The notes under the pieces were generated by a model. That model had not been told where the DNA came from and did no database searches. It worked only from the letters and a program-made list of their open reading frames with translations. 64,000 nt of DNA, taken from NCBI GenBank assembly GCA_963798085.1, contig CAWCRS010000005.1, positions 544,001 to 608,000 on the forward strand. Direction: 5' to 3'. Below, piece after piece: positions 1 through 9,462 of this stretch. Source of the DNA: an uncultured Gemmatimonadales bacterium (GTDB lineage: Bacteria; Gemmatimonadota; Gemmatimonadetes; Longimicrobiales; RSA9). A program made the position numbers and the translations under genes. Positions within the stretch are counted from its first letter, which is position 1. The number at the start of each line of letters is the position of its first letter.

Positions 1-536
1 ACGCGGAGATCGACAAAGCGCTGGAGCTGGATCCGCTCTCACCCGCGGCCATGTCCGTGCACGCGTATCTGCTTTCCGTCGAGGGCAAGGGCACTGCCGC
101 GCTCGAAGCCTACCGCAATGTCACCCGCCTCTATCCCGAGTTCGTGCTGGGTCAGCTCAACCGCATTCTGCTGGCCGCGTACCTGCACCAGCCGCAGGAA
201 CTGAGCGGGGCCGCGATTCTGGCCGGCGGCGACAGCGCCCTGGCAACGGCCATGCGCACCATCGTGCGGGCGGCCGGCGACCCCGTACAGCGCAGCGCTG
301 CCCAGGCCGCGGCGCGCACACTCAATGCCGCCAACCCGCCCGCCATCGCCGCGCTCTGGTTCGCGGCCGCCGGCGACAGTGACGCCGCGCTGCAGAGACT
401 GGAGCAGGCCGTGGCCGGGCGCGCCGACCCCAACGTGCCCTTCATCCTGCTGCACCCGCTATTCCAGCCGCTGCGCGCCAACCCGCGTTTCGCAAAACTG
501 CTGGACGAAGTCGGTGTGGTTCTGCCCGCAGGCTGA
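1..536 (+). CDS. 3' part of a TPR-repeat protein (TolB-like/TPR or Ser/Thr kinase-TPR C-terminus), truncated by the window edge
   Basis: Frame is open from the window start (..IDKALELDPLS..) and ends in ILLHPLFQPLRANPRFAKLL, the same C-terminal pattern as the 12843-14550 protein. Confidence 0.7.
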   Translation, partial: AEIDKALELDPLSPAAMSVHAYLLSVEGKGTAALEAYRNVTRLYPEFVLGQLNRILLAAYLHQPQELSGAAILAGGDSALATAMRTIVRAAGDPVQRSAAQAAARTLNAANPPAIAALWFAAAGDSDAALQRLEQAVAGRADPNVPFILLHPLFQPLRANPRFAKLLDEVGVVLPAG

Positions 537-588
537 TCTTAACAGTCCGTTAGAAACGAGACCGCCAACCCCCGCCTGGCCGCGCCCT

Positions 589-637
589 GATCCGTCAGCC
601 CAGCCCCGGTCCGAGCCCCAGCCCGCGCCCGAGCAAC
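589..637 (-). repeat. G-rich dispersed repeat, copy 1
   Basis: Minus strand GTTGCTCGGGCGCGGGCTGGGGCTCGGACCGGGGCTGGGCTGACGGATC directly after the aminotransferase stop; similar to 31972-32014 and 52082-52132. Confidence 0.6.
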
Positions 638-1720
638 TCAGTTATCCGTCACGGGAAGCACGCGGGCCAGTCGCTCCAGGCCGGCGCGCAGCGTCTCCGT
701 GCGGCAGCCGAACGCGATGCGGAAATGGGCCGGCGCTTCGAAGAAGCTGCCCGGCACGATCGCCGTGTCGAACTCCTGCTGCAGGCGATCCGCGAGCGGC
801 GTCGTGTCCGTTACGCCCGCAACCCGCGGGAACGCGACGTTGCCGCCCCGCGGCTGCACCCATGCGAGACTGCCGTGGGCGTCGACGAATGCGCTGAGCA
901 GGCGCAGGTTCGGCTCCAGGATGGACCTGGCCCTGGCTTCCAGGCGAGCCAGCTGCGCGAACGCCAGCACGGCCAGCCGGTCCGATGGGAACGAGCCGGA
1001 GCCTTCCATTACATCGCGCGCGCGGCGCACAGCCTCCGCTACCGCGGGCTCGGCAATGATCCAGCCGCAGCGCAGGCCGGACAGGCCGTACCCCTTGGTC
1101 AGGCTGTTCGCGGAGAGGAACACCGGGTCCAGCGTAACGGCGGGCGAGGGCCTCGCCGCGTACACGGCGTCGAGGTACGCCTCATCCACCAGGACGCGGG
1201 CGCCCACGCGGGCCGCGTGTTCGCCCACTGCGCGCAGCGCTGCGACATCGGCCAGAGCGCCGCTCGGGTTGTGCGGGCTCGTGATAACAATGAGTTTCGT
1301 GCGCGGCGTCAGCGCCGCGCGCACGCGCTCCGGGTCCAGCGCCCAGCCTTCCTCGAAAACGCGATCGAAGCGCCGCAGGTTCGCGCCCAGCAGCCGGGCC
1401 GCACCGAGGAAAGGATCGTACGCCGGCCGCTCGATCAGAACGTCGTCGCCTGCCCGAAGCAGCGCGGCCATGGCCAGGAAGTTGGCGCCGCCCGCACCGG
1501 TGGCCGAGGCCACGTGCGGCGGCGTCACGCCGTAATGCTGTGCTATGGACTCGACCAGCGGCGGCCAGCCTTCCGAATTGCTGCCGTTCAGCTCCAGCAC
1601 CTCGCGACTGCCCGGCAATTCCTCCACCGTGCAGCCCAGCAGGTTGCTGCCCGCCAGATCGTACGTCACGTCGGGCCGCTTCTTGGCCCACTCCATGTAC
1701 GGCGCCCAGTGCAGCTCCAT
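638..1720 (-). CDS. PLP-dependent aminotransferase class I/II
   Basis: Motifs SPHNPSG, VDEAY, NSLTKGYGLSGLRCGW (PLP lysine), FRIAFG. Confidence 0.9.
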   Translation of the reverse strand: MELHWAPYMEWAKKRPDVTYDLAGSNLLGCTVEELPGSREVLELNGSNSEGWPPLVESIAQHYGVTPPHVASATGAGGANFLAMAALLRAGDDVLIERPAYDPFLGAARLLGANLRRFDRVFEEGWALDPERVRAALTPRTKLIVITSPHNPSGALADVAALRAVGEHAARVGARVLVDEAYLDAVYAARPSPAVTLDPVFLSANSLTKGYGLSGLRCGWIIAEPAVAEAVRRARDVMEGSGSFPSDRLAVLAFAQLARLEARARSILEPNLRLLSAFVDAHGSLAWVQPRGGNVAFPRVAGVTDTTPLADRLQQEFDTAIVPGSFFEAPAHFRIAFGCRTETLRAGLERLARVLPVTDN

Positions 1721-3072
1721 CAGTCCGCTTCCCCGGAAGAATCCTCGAAAGTTGCCTCATCCCGGCGCGGCGGCACGCGCCGGCTCCAGTACCACCAGGC
1801 GGGAACGCCCGTCGCCAGCAACGCGATGCCCATGCCGGAACGCACGGGATTCGATAACAGCACGCTAGCAACCACCAGCACCGCCGAAGCCACGAACAGC
1901 GCGGGCAGCAGCGGATAGCCGGGCGCGACGAAGGTGCCCGCCGGGCGCGTCGCCAGCGGCATGCGCCGCCGGAACACGAACAGCGCCACCACCGTCGAGC
2001 CGAAGAAGATCCAGTCGGGAAACACCACCGTGTCCACCAGCTGCGCATAGGTTCCCGTCAGCGCCAGCAGAATGGCCCACGAGGCCTGCATCACGATGGC
2101 GCGCGTGGGTGTGCCGAATCGCGGATGCAGCCTCGCCACCGAAGTGAAGAACACGCCGTCGTTGGCCATCGCCCAGTACACACGCGTGGGCGCCAGCAGA
2201 CACAGATCGAGAAAGCCGAACGTCGAGATGGCGATGGCACTGGCGATCAGGCGGTCGCCGTAGCGGCCGAACGCCAGCGCCGCCGTGTCCGCCGCCGGCG
2301 TGCGCGTCGCCGCCAGCCCGCCGTGCCCGAGCGCACGCAGGTAGATGGCGTTGACCGCCACATACACGAGCACCACCGCTGCCGTCCCCGCGATCAGCGC
2401 CAGCGGCAGATTGCGGCGCGGCTCGCGGATCTCCTCCGCCACCTGGTTCGCCGTCTGCCAGCCGCCGTACGAGAACATGATGGGAATCAGCGCCGCGCCG
2501 AATGCCAGCGGCAGGAAGCCCATCGTGCTCAGCGCGGGTGGCGGCGAAACCGGTGCGGCCGGAACGAAGATGCCGGCCACGATCAGCGCCGCGAGTGCGA
2601 CCACCTTGAGCACGACGAACACATTCAGCAGGCGGCTGCCCGGCTTTACACCCACATAGTTCACTGCGGCCACCGCGATGATGGAGAGGATCGCGAGCGG
2701 CGTCGAGCTGCCGCTGCGCCCCACCAGCCGCAGCGCATACTCCGCGAAGGTGATCGCCACCGCGGCAATGCCGCCGCCGAAGATGAGCAGCAGCAGCGCC
2801 CAGCCATAGAGGAACGCCAGCAGCGGATGGAAAGCGCGGCGCAGGTACACGTACTGGCCGCCCGCCTGCGGAAAGAGCGAACCCAGCTCGGCGAAGCTGA
2901 GCGCGCCCGCGCCCGCAATCGCGCCGCCCGCCACCCACGCCGCCAGCACCAGGCCCGCCGAGTCCAGACGCTGCGCCACGATGTAGGGATTGATGAAAAT
3001 GCCGGCGCCGATGATGCCGCCGATCACGACCATGGCGGCATTGAACACGCCCAGCTCGCGGCGGAACGTCAT
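1720..3072 (-). CDS. APC-family amino acid permease (LAT/SteT-like)
   Basis: Start MTFRRELG; GGIIGAGIF, AELGS..PQAGGQYVY, FSYGGW, EEIREP motifs; multiple hydrophobic segments; start overlaps the upstream stop (ATGA). Confidence 0.9.
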   Translation of the reverse strand: MTFRRELGVFNAAMVVIGGIIGAGIFINPYIVAQRLDSAGLVLAAWVAGGAIAGAGALSFAELGSLFPQAGGQYVYLRRAFHPLLAFLYGWALLLLIFGGGIAAVAITFAEYALRLVGRSGSSTPLAILSIIAVAAVNYVGVKPGSRLLNVFVVLKVVALAALIVAGIFVPAAPVSPPPALSTMGFLPLAFGAALIPIMFSYGGWQTANQVAEEIREPRRNLPLALIAGTAAVVLVYVAVNAIYLRALGHGGLAATRTPAADTAALAFGRYGDRLIASAIAISTFGFLDLCLLAPTRVYWAMANDGVFFTSVARLHPRFGTPTRAIVMQASWAILLALTGTYAQLVDTVVFPDWIFFGSTVVALFVFRRRMPLATRPAGTFVAPGYPLLPALFVASAVLVVASVLLSNPVRSGMGIALLATGVPAWWYWSRRVPPRRDEATFEDSSGEAD

Positions 3073-3494
3073 GCGGACCCGCTGCCGTTGCCGTCGGGGA
3101 ATTCGGTCGGGACCCGCGTGGCGGCGGCCAGCAGCACCTTCGCGGCGCGTGCGTACGGCACCAGTCCGAACACGTGCCCGCGCTCCAGCGCGAGCTTGCC
3201 CGACAGCACGCCCAGGATCGGGTCGATACGCCCATCCAGCACCTGCCGCCACGTGTCCGCCGGCGCAGCAATGATCCAGGGCGACGACGCCACGTCGGCC
3301 GCCGTCGCGACCCGCGCTGTGCGGCATTCGCCGCCGTCCAGGTCCACGAAGACGCAGCGCTCCGTGGTACCGGCCGCCGGCTTCATGCGCAGCACGACCC
3401 CGCCCTGCCACGAGCGGCCTGCCTCGCGGTACGCCGGATCCGCGTTGATCGCCGCCTGCCAGGCAACCGCCCACTCGGCACCGAAGATCTCCAT
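3069..3494 (-). CDS. SCP2 sterol/lipid-binding domain protein
   Basis: FGAEW..AW..AIN.D..Y..AG..W, DLDGGEC, W..VL.G..DP..GVLSGKL pattern typical of bacterial SCP2-like proteins. Confidence 0.7.
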   Translation of the reverse strand: MEIFGAEWAVAWQAAINADPAYREAGRSWQGGVVLRMKPAAGTTERCVFVDLDGGECRTARVATAADVASSPWIIAAPADTWRQVLDGRIDPILGVLSGKLALERGHVFGLVPYARAAKVLLAAATRVPTEFPDGNGSGSA

Positions 3495-4028
3495 GCTCTA
3501 ACCCGATGTTACAGGGAGCGACGCGAGACCCGCAGCCGCGTCCGGTCCGCACCGCCACCCCGCTCCCGCGATGGGATCTGCACACTGCCCCCCGCCTGCG
3601 CAGCCTGTCGCATTCGACCGGCGGCGCCGTTTGCCGGCAGCCTCGCGTCGCAGGTGGCAACGTCTCAACCGCCCGCGTTGCGCGCCGGGCGCCGCAATGT
3701 AAGCGGCCGGCCGGCCCGCTCCCAACGGCACGGCCACGACGAACCGCCCGCCGCCACCGAAAACTCGCGTCCGACGGTTGGCGAGGAGTTGCCACGATTT
3801 GATCGATTCTGCATGGCTGATTTGACCAGAAACATGCACATCGCGAGGGGTGAACGACCCTTGCGGCCCTCGCGCCGTACCGCTAAGTTGTTGCCGCTGC
3901 GACTGTTGCCACTTCTTCCCGGGGGCAGCCGCCTCGCTGGCACGGTGCTCGCCACAGGAAGTCCATGCGCGAACACGCACGGCGTGGCGCGTTGATGGTT
4001 GCGGGGCGGGCCGGCAGGAGCCGGCGGA

Positions 4029-4270
4029 ATGGAAGTCGACGAATGGGAGGCGCGACGTCGCGTCCGGCAAACATGATTCTGGCTGAGAAGTACCTGCAGC
4101 GATACGGCAACAGCTTCGACGCATACATGGCCCTGCAACGGGCCCTGATGCAGCGATACCTGCTGCGCGGTGGGACCAAGGAAGGCTGGTGCGAGCGTAT
4201 CGCCCCGGTATTCCGCCGCCGCTACGACCCCATCTTCCAGCAGCTGCGCAGCGTGCCACCCCGCCCCTAG
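4029..4270 (+). CDS. Small hypothetical protein (~80 aa), probable frameshift near 4070
   Basis: GCAGGAG RBS before ATG 4029 (MEVDEWEARRRVRQ); continues in another frame as MILAEKYLQRYGNSFDAYMALQRALMQRYLLRGG..; protein-like composition. Confidence 0.5.
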
Positions 4271-4716
4271 ACGCTCGCTCAGCCGCCCGCCGAACAGCAC
4301 CGATCCGCTGCGTGGCTCGGGCTGGTCGCAGGGGCCGGTTGCCCGGGAACGCAGCGCATCGCGGATCCGGGCTCTGCCCTGGCTCCAGTGTTCTACGCGA
4401 CCGCCTGCCTGCCGCAGTGCGCAGCGTCGCCACCTCGCGCACCGATCGCGCCCAGCGGATACGGCGGGAAAGACGATCGAAGTGTTCCCCTCGAGCGTGA
4501 TCGTTCTCTGCCTGCACAACGCGGCCGCCAGATTCTCTTCTCGCAGCATCCATCCCCAGTCGCGGTGGAATCCGTCCCGCCCAATCAGCCCCGGCAACCA
4601 GCCCGCGCACAACACACCCGAGTTCAGGCACTTGAATCGCAAAATCCGGCTTTCCATTCTGCCGAAAGGTGATGGCTTCCAGGCGCCCCGGCGTCGTCGT
4701 CGACCCCGCCGGCCGG

Positions 4717-4742
4717 GGAATGGTGCTCCGCCAGACTCCGTT
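4717..4742 (+). promoter_or_regulatory. Candidate SigR/SigH-type ECF promoter GGAAT-N18-GTT
   Basis: GGAAT 4717-4721, GTT 4740-4742, about 30 nt upstream of the sulfurtransferase start. Confidence 0.45.
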
Positions 4743-4771
4743 CGACTTCCAGCCAGCTGGAGGGATACAGC

Positions 4772-5626
4772 ATGAGTGGCAACGGTCAGACCGGTTATGC
4801 GCATCCGGAGGTGCTGGTCAGCACGGACTGGGTGGCACAGCACGCGAAGGACCCCGACGTGCGCGCTGTCGAAGTGGACGTAGATACATTGGCGTGGGAT
4901 CAGGGACATGTTCCCGGCGCGATCGGCTGGAACTGGGGGACGGACCTGTGCGACACGGTGATGCGCGATATCGTGCCGCGCGAGAAGCTGGAAGCGCTGC
5001 TCGGGAAGTCGGGCATCGGCAATGACACGACCATCGTGCTGTACGGCGACAATAACAACTGGTTTGCGGCGTGGGCCTTCTGGCAGCTGAAGATCTACGG
5101 ACACCGCAACGTGCGCATCATGAACGGGGGCCGCAGGAAGTGGCTGGAAGAGGGACGTGAGGTCAGCACCGAGAAGCCGTCCCCGGAAACGCGCAACTAC
5201 CGGGCGCAGCCACCGGATCTCTCCATCCGCGCGTTCCTGCCCGATGTGCGTTCCATCCTGGGCAGCGACGCCGTGCTCATCGACGTGCGCAGTCCGGCGG
5301 AGTTCACGGGCGAGATCCTGTCGCCGCCCGGGCTGCCCGAAACGTGTCAGCGCGGCGGCCACATACCGGGGGCGAAGAACGTGCCGTGGGGCAAGGCGTG
5401 CAATGAAGACGGCACGTTCAAGACGGCGGCCGAATTGAATGCGCTGTACGGCTCGGCCGGCGTGTCCCCGGAACGACCTGTTATCGCGTACTGCCGCATT
5501 GGCGAGCGCTCCAGCCACACCTGGTTCGTGCTCAAGTATCTGATGGGCCATGACAATGTGCGCAACTACGACGGCTCCTGGACCGAATGGGGCAATCTGG
5601 TGGGTGCGCCGGTCGAGAGGCAGTGA
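4772..5626 (+). CDS. Thiosulfate/3-mercaptopyruvate sulfurtransferase (tandem rhodanese, CysA/SseA-like)
   Basis: LVSTDWV, GHVPGA, IDVRSPAEFTG, active loop YCRIGERSS, C-terminal YDGSWTEWG. Confidence 0.92.
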   Translation: MSGNGQTGYAHPEVLVSTDWVAQHAKDPDVRAVEVDVDTLAWDQGHVPGAIGWNWGTDLCDTVMRDIVPREKLEALLGKSGIGNDTTIVLYGDNNNWFAAWAFWQLKIYGHRNVRIMNGGRRKWLEEGREVSTEKPSPETRNYRAQPPDLSIRAFLPDVRSILGSDAVLIDVRSPAEFTGEILSPPGLPETCQRGGHIPGAKNVPWGKACNEDGTFKTAAELNALYGSAGVSPERPVIAYCRIGERSSHTWFVLKYLMGHDNVRNYDGSWTEWGNLVGAPVERQ

Positions 5627-5635
5627 GGTGAGCCA

Positions 5636-5851
5636 TTGAATGCGGAAGAGTATCTGATACGCAGGGACACGCTGGGCGGCTGGCCCGTGCGCGTCATTTC
5701 GTATCGCCTGGGCGGGCGTTACCTCGCCAGTGTCGAAAACCAGGACCCGGGCGCGCGCGTGTCGCGCGGCGAGGGCGCAACGCGCGAGGAAGCGGAGCGG
5801 CTGGCGGTGGACAAAGCCGCCGAGCGCCTGTCCAAGACGCGCCGGCGTTGA
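5636..5851 (+). CDS. Small hypothetical protein (71 aa)
   Basis: GAGG RBS, TTG start, fills the gap between rhodanese and glycosyltransferase; its stop overlaps the next start. Confidence 0.6.
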   Translation: MNAEEYLIRRDTLGGWPVRVISYRLGGRYLASVENQDPGARVSRGEGATREEAERLAVDKAAERLSKTRRR

Positions 5852-7014
5852 ACGGGCCCCGCCTGCTTCTTCTAACCTACGAGTTCGCACCTTTCCGCGG
5901 TGGCATTGCCGCGGAAGTCGAGGGGCTGGCGGCGGGCGCCGCCAGCCTCGGTCACGATGTGCACGTGCTGGCACCCGACTATCACAGGGATCTGCGCGCG
6001 CTGGACACGATGCGACCGTACACCGTGCATCGCTTCACCGGCGACTTCTGCAGTCTGCTCTCCATCGACAAGCTCACGCGTTTCGCCCGGCTGTGCCGCG
6101 GCGCAACCGTGCGTCTGCAGCCACGCGTGCTGCACGCCACGGACCCGCAGGCCCAGATGGCGCTCACGGCACTGGCGCGCTTCGGCCTTGCACGCGGATA
6201 CTGCTTCACGGTGCACGGCACGGAACTGCTGCGTTATCAGCGAGAAATGCTGCCGCGTCTCTGGATGCGCGGCGCCATGCGTCGGCCTCTCGCCATTGCC
6301 TGCGTCAGTCACGCCGTGCGGGAACGACTGTTGCACGACACGAATGCGCCCGCAGCCCGCGCGTTCGTCTCGCACCCGGGCATCGCGCCCCGCTGGTTTC
6401 AAACACCCGCCGATCGCGTTGCGGCTCGAGAGGTGTGGGGTGCAGGCGACGATGGGTTCGTCATCATCACGGTCGCCCGCCGGGTGCCGGACAAGGGCCA
6501 CCGCCTGGTGATCGCGGCACTGTCGCGACTGCCGGATGCGCTGCGCGCTCGCACACGGTACGTCGTGGTGGGCACCGGTCCCGCAGACTACGCGGCCGCG
6601 CTCGCAGCGGAAGCGAGCCGCGCGGATGTGCGACTGCAGCTCGCAGGTGAACTGGACGACGACGCGCTCGTGCAGTCGCTCGATGCCGCGGACCTGTTCG
6701 TGATGACCAGTCAGCGAACCGGACGCCGGCTCGAAGGCTTCGGCCTCGCCTACATCGAAGCCGCAGCGCGTGGACTGCCCGCCATTGCCCTCGATACCGG
6801 CGGAGCCGCCGAAGCCGTACAGGATGCGGTCACGGGCCTGGTGCTGCCCGAGCAGGGCAGCGCCGAGACCCTGGCGCACGCCATTGAGCGAATGCTGGTT
6901 GACGACGAAGCGCGCGCACGCATGGGTGCAGCCGCGCGTGTGCGTGCGCGATCCCTCACCTGGCAGGCGCACGCCGGTGACGTGTACACCCGCTTTCTCG
7001 CGGCAACCGCCTGA
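5848..7014 (+). CDS. Glycosyltransferase family 4 (GT-B)
   Basis: F.P..GGIA, TVHGTE, VAR...KGH, EGFGLAYIEAAARGLP, GGAAEAV. Confidence 0.9.
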   Translation: MNGPRLLLLTYEFAPFRGGIAAEVEGLAAGAASLGHDVHVLAPDYHRDLRALDTMRPYTVHRFTGDFCSLLSIDKLTRFARLCRGATVRLQPRVLHATDPQAQMALTALARFGLARGYCFTVHGTELLRYQREMLPRLWMRGAMRRPLAIACVSHAVRERLLHDTNAPAARAFVSHPGIAPRWFQTPADRVAAREVWGAGDDGFVIITVARRVPDKGHRLVIAALSRLPDALRARTRYVVVGTGPADYAAALAAEASRADVRLQLAGELDDDALVQSLDAADLFVMTSQRTGRRLEGFGLAYIEAAARGLPAIALDTGGAAEAVQDAVTGLVLPEQGSAETLAHAIERMLVDDEARARMGAAARVRARSLTWQAHAGDVYTRFLAATA

Positions 7015-7214
7015 GACTGGACGAGGCCGCGCAATTCCCTCGATTGATCGCGCCGCGTCGCTTGCCGCACGCAGGCAGGGCGCGGCTCAGCCGCCGACAG
7101 GCTTGCTGGTGCGGTTCTCGCATGGCGAATCTGCGAATGTGCTGCCGCGGCGGCTTGTGGAAGCGGCGCTGACGCGGAATACTGACAGTGCGCACGACAA
7201 CGGGGGGAAACGTC

Positions 7215-8672
7215 ATGATGACATCACGACGGCGAGCGATGTGGGGGCGCCTGAGTGCAGGACTGCTGCTGACGGCGGTCGGTTGCGCGACTAACCCGGC
7301 CACAGGAAAAAGGCAGCTCTCGCTCGTCAGCGAGAGCCAGGAAATCCAGATCGGCAAGGATTCGGATCCGGCCATCACTGCGCAGATGGGCGGACTCTAT
7401 TCCGATTCCTCGCTGCAGCGTTATGTCCGCGAAGTGGGCATGAAGCTGGCCGCATTATCGGAGCGGCCTTCCCTGCCCTGGTCCTACAAGCTGCTTGATG
7501 ACGACATCATCAACGCTTTCGCCATACCCGGCGGCTTCGTCTACATCACACGCGGCATTCTCGGCTACATGAACTCCGAGGCGGAGCTGGCCGCTGTGCT
7601 GGGCCATGAAACCGGCCACGTGACTGCCCGCCATTCCGCGCAGCAGATCACGCGCTCGGAGCTGGCGCAGCTGGGCCTGGGCATCGGCTCGGTGCTCTCG
7701 CCCGCGATCGCGCAATATGGCCAGGTGGCCGCCACCGGCCTGCAGCTGCTGTTCCTCAAGTACAGCCGCGAGAACGAGGCGCAGGCCGACGAGCTGGGAT
7801 TCCGCTACATGACGCGCGTGCACTACGATCCGCACGGCATGAGCGACGTGATGCGCATGCTGCAGTCAACGGAGCCGGCCGGCGGCAGCACGCCGGACTG
7901 GCTGCAGACACACCCGGACCCCGGCAACCGCGTGCAGGCCAACGAACAGCGCATCACGGAAGCGAAGACGGACTTCAGCAGCTACGCCACCAACCACGAC
8001 GCCTTCCTGCAGAAGCTTGATAACATCGTGTTTGGCAGCGACCCGCGGCAGGGCTACTTTCTGGGCGGGCGTTTCATCCAGCCCACGCTGAAGCTCGAGA
8101 TCACGTTCCCCGCCGGCTGGCAGACGGCCAACACCTCACAGGCGGTACAGGCGCAGAGCCAGCAGGGCGATGCCGCCATGCAGCTGACCTTCGCCAACGC
8201 CTCCAGTCCTGCGGATGCCGTGCAGAAGCTGCAGGCCACGCAGGGGCTGAGCGTGACGCGCACGTACCAGGACCGGGTCAACGGCATGGATGCGCAGTTC
8301 GTCGACTTCGATCTGCAGAGCCAGAACGGAAATCTGCGGGGCAGCGCGATGTACGTGCAGATCGGCAGCTCGGTCTACGAAATCGTCGGCTATGCCTCGC
8401 CCGCAAACTGGAGCGGCTACAGCGGTACCGTCAGCAGCGCGCTGCACAGCTTTGCGCAGGTGAGCGACGCGCACCTGCTGGACGTGGCGCCCGATCGCGT
8501 GCAGATCGTACGCCTGCCGCACGCCATGACGTTCACGGAATTCACGCAGCAGTACCCGTCCAGTGTTCCCGTGGACCAGGTGCGGCTGGCGAATCAGGTG
8601 ACGCAGAATGAACAGCTTGCCGCCGGCCGGCTGATGAAGCGCATCACCGGCGGGCGGGTGCCCACGCGCTGA
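7215..8672 (+). CDS. M48-family zinc metalloprotease lipoprotein
   Basis: Lipobox-like AVGC-ATNPATG; NAFAIPGG, HETGH, YSRENEAQAD, THP. Confidence 0.9.
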   Translation: MMTSRRRAMWGRLSAGLLLTAVGCATNPATGKRQLSLVSESQEIQIGKDSDPAITAQMGGLYSDSSLQRYVREVGMKLAALSERPSLPWSYKLLDDDIINAFAIPGGFVYITRGILGYMNSEAELAAVLGHETGHVTARHSAQQITRSELAQLGLGIGSVLSPAIAQYGQVAATGLQLLFLKYSRENEAQADELGFRYMTRVHYDPHGMSDVMRMLQSTEPAGGSTPDWLQTHPDPGNRVQANEQRITEAKTDFSSYATNHDAFLQKLDNIVFGSDPRQGYFLGGRFIQPTLKLEITFPAGWQTANTSQAVQAQSQQGDAAMQLTFANASSPADAVQKLQATQGLSVTRTYQDRVNGMDAQFVDFDLQSQNGNLRGSAMYVQIGSSVYEIVGYASPANWSGYSGTVSSALHSFAQVSDAHLLDVAPDRVQIVRLPHAMTFTEFTQQYPSSVPVDQVRLANQVTQNEQLAAGRLMKRITGGRVPTR

Positions 8673-8682
8673 GAGGTGATCG

Positions 8683-9462
8683 ATGTCGAGCGGACGATGT
8701 GTGCGTCGTGCGACAGGAATATCGCTGCTGCTCTTTGGCACACTGTCAGGAGGCGGCAGCTCGCGCGTCGCGGCGCAGCAGTGGAAGCAGCACGACCCGG
8801 CTCGGCCGCACCCGCCTGCGGTGCAGCCGGCGCCGGCCGGCCCCGCCGTGCTCCCGCCCGCGGACGCCATCGTGCTCTTCGACGGCCACGGGCTGGGCGC
8901 CTGGCAGAGCGCCAAGGACGGGCCGGCCGCATGGAAGCTCGCGGGCGATTACATGGAGGTCAGCCCCGGCCAGGGCGCCATCCACACGCGCGACGGCTTC
9001 GGTGATGTGCAGCTGCATGTGGAGTGGGCCACGCCGCCGACTACCGAAGGCAGTGACCAGGAGCCGGGCAACAGCGGCGTGTTCCTCATGGGCATGTACG
9101 AGGTGCAGGTGCTCGATTCCTGGCACAATGTTACCTATGCCGACGGCCAGGCCGGAGCCATCTACGGCGAGTTCCCGCCCATGGTGAACGCCAGCCGGCC
9201 TCCCGGTCAGTGGCAGACCTATGACATCGTATTCACACGCCCGCGCTTCGCCGCCGACGGTGCCGTGCAGAGTCCGGCGTACCTGACTGTGCTGCACAAT
9301 GGCGTACTCATCCACGACCACGTCGCACTCGTCGGTCCCACGGCGAATCAGGCAAGGCCGCCGTACAAGGCGCACCCTGACCGGCTGCCGCTGCAGCTGC
9401 AGGATCACGGCCAGCCCGTGCGCTACCGCGAGATCTGGATCCGCGACCTCGAGAAGCACTGA
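8683..9462 (+). CDS. DUF1080 / 3-keto-disaccharide hydrolase family protein, secreted
   Basis: PPADAIVLFDG, FGDVQLHVEW, GNSGVF, YEVQVLDS, WQTYDI, LQDHG..VRYREIW. Confidence 0.88.
   Translation: MSSGRCVRRATGISLLLFGTLSGGGSSRVAAQQWKQHDPARPHPPAVQPAPAGPAVLPPADAIVLFDGHGLGAWQSAKDGPAAWKLAGDYMEVSPGQGAIHTRDGFGDVQLHVEWATPPTTEGSDQEPGNSGVFLMGMYEVQVLDSWHNVTYADGQAGAIYGEFPPMVNASRPPGQWQTYDIVFTRPRFAADGAVQSPAYLTVLHNGVLIHDHVALVGPTANQARPPYKAHPDRLPLQLQDHGQPVRYREIWIRDLEKH

Noticed and set aside
3842..3874. Hairpin CGCGAGGG...CCCTCGCG as a riboswitch
   Set aside because: An 8-bp GC stem is expected by chance at this GC content; no known aptamer motif recognised
3498..5974. Long minus-strand ORFs (769 aa, 377 aa) and similar antisense ORFs elsewhere
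   Set aside because: Arg/Ala/Pro-rich shadow frames typical of high-GC DNA opposite real genes
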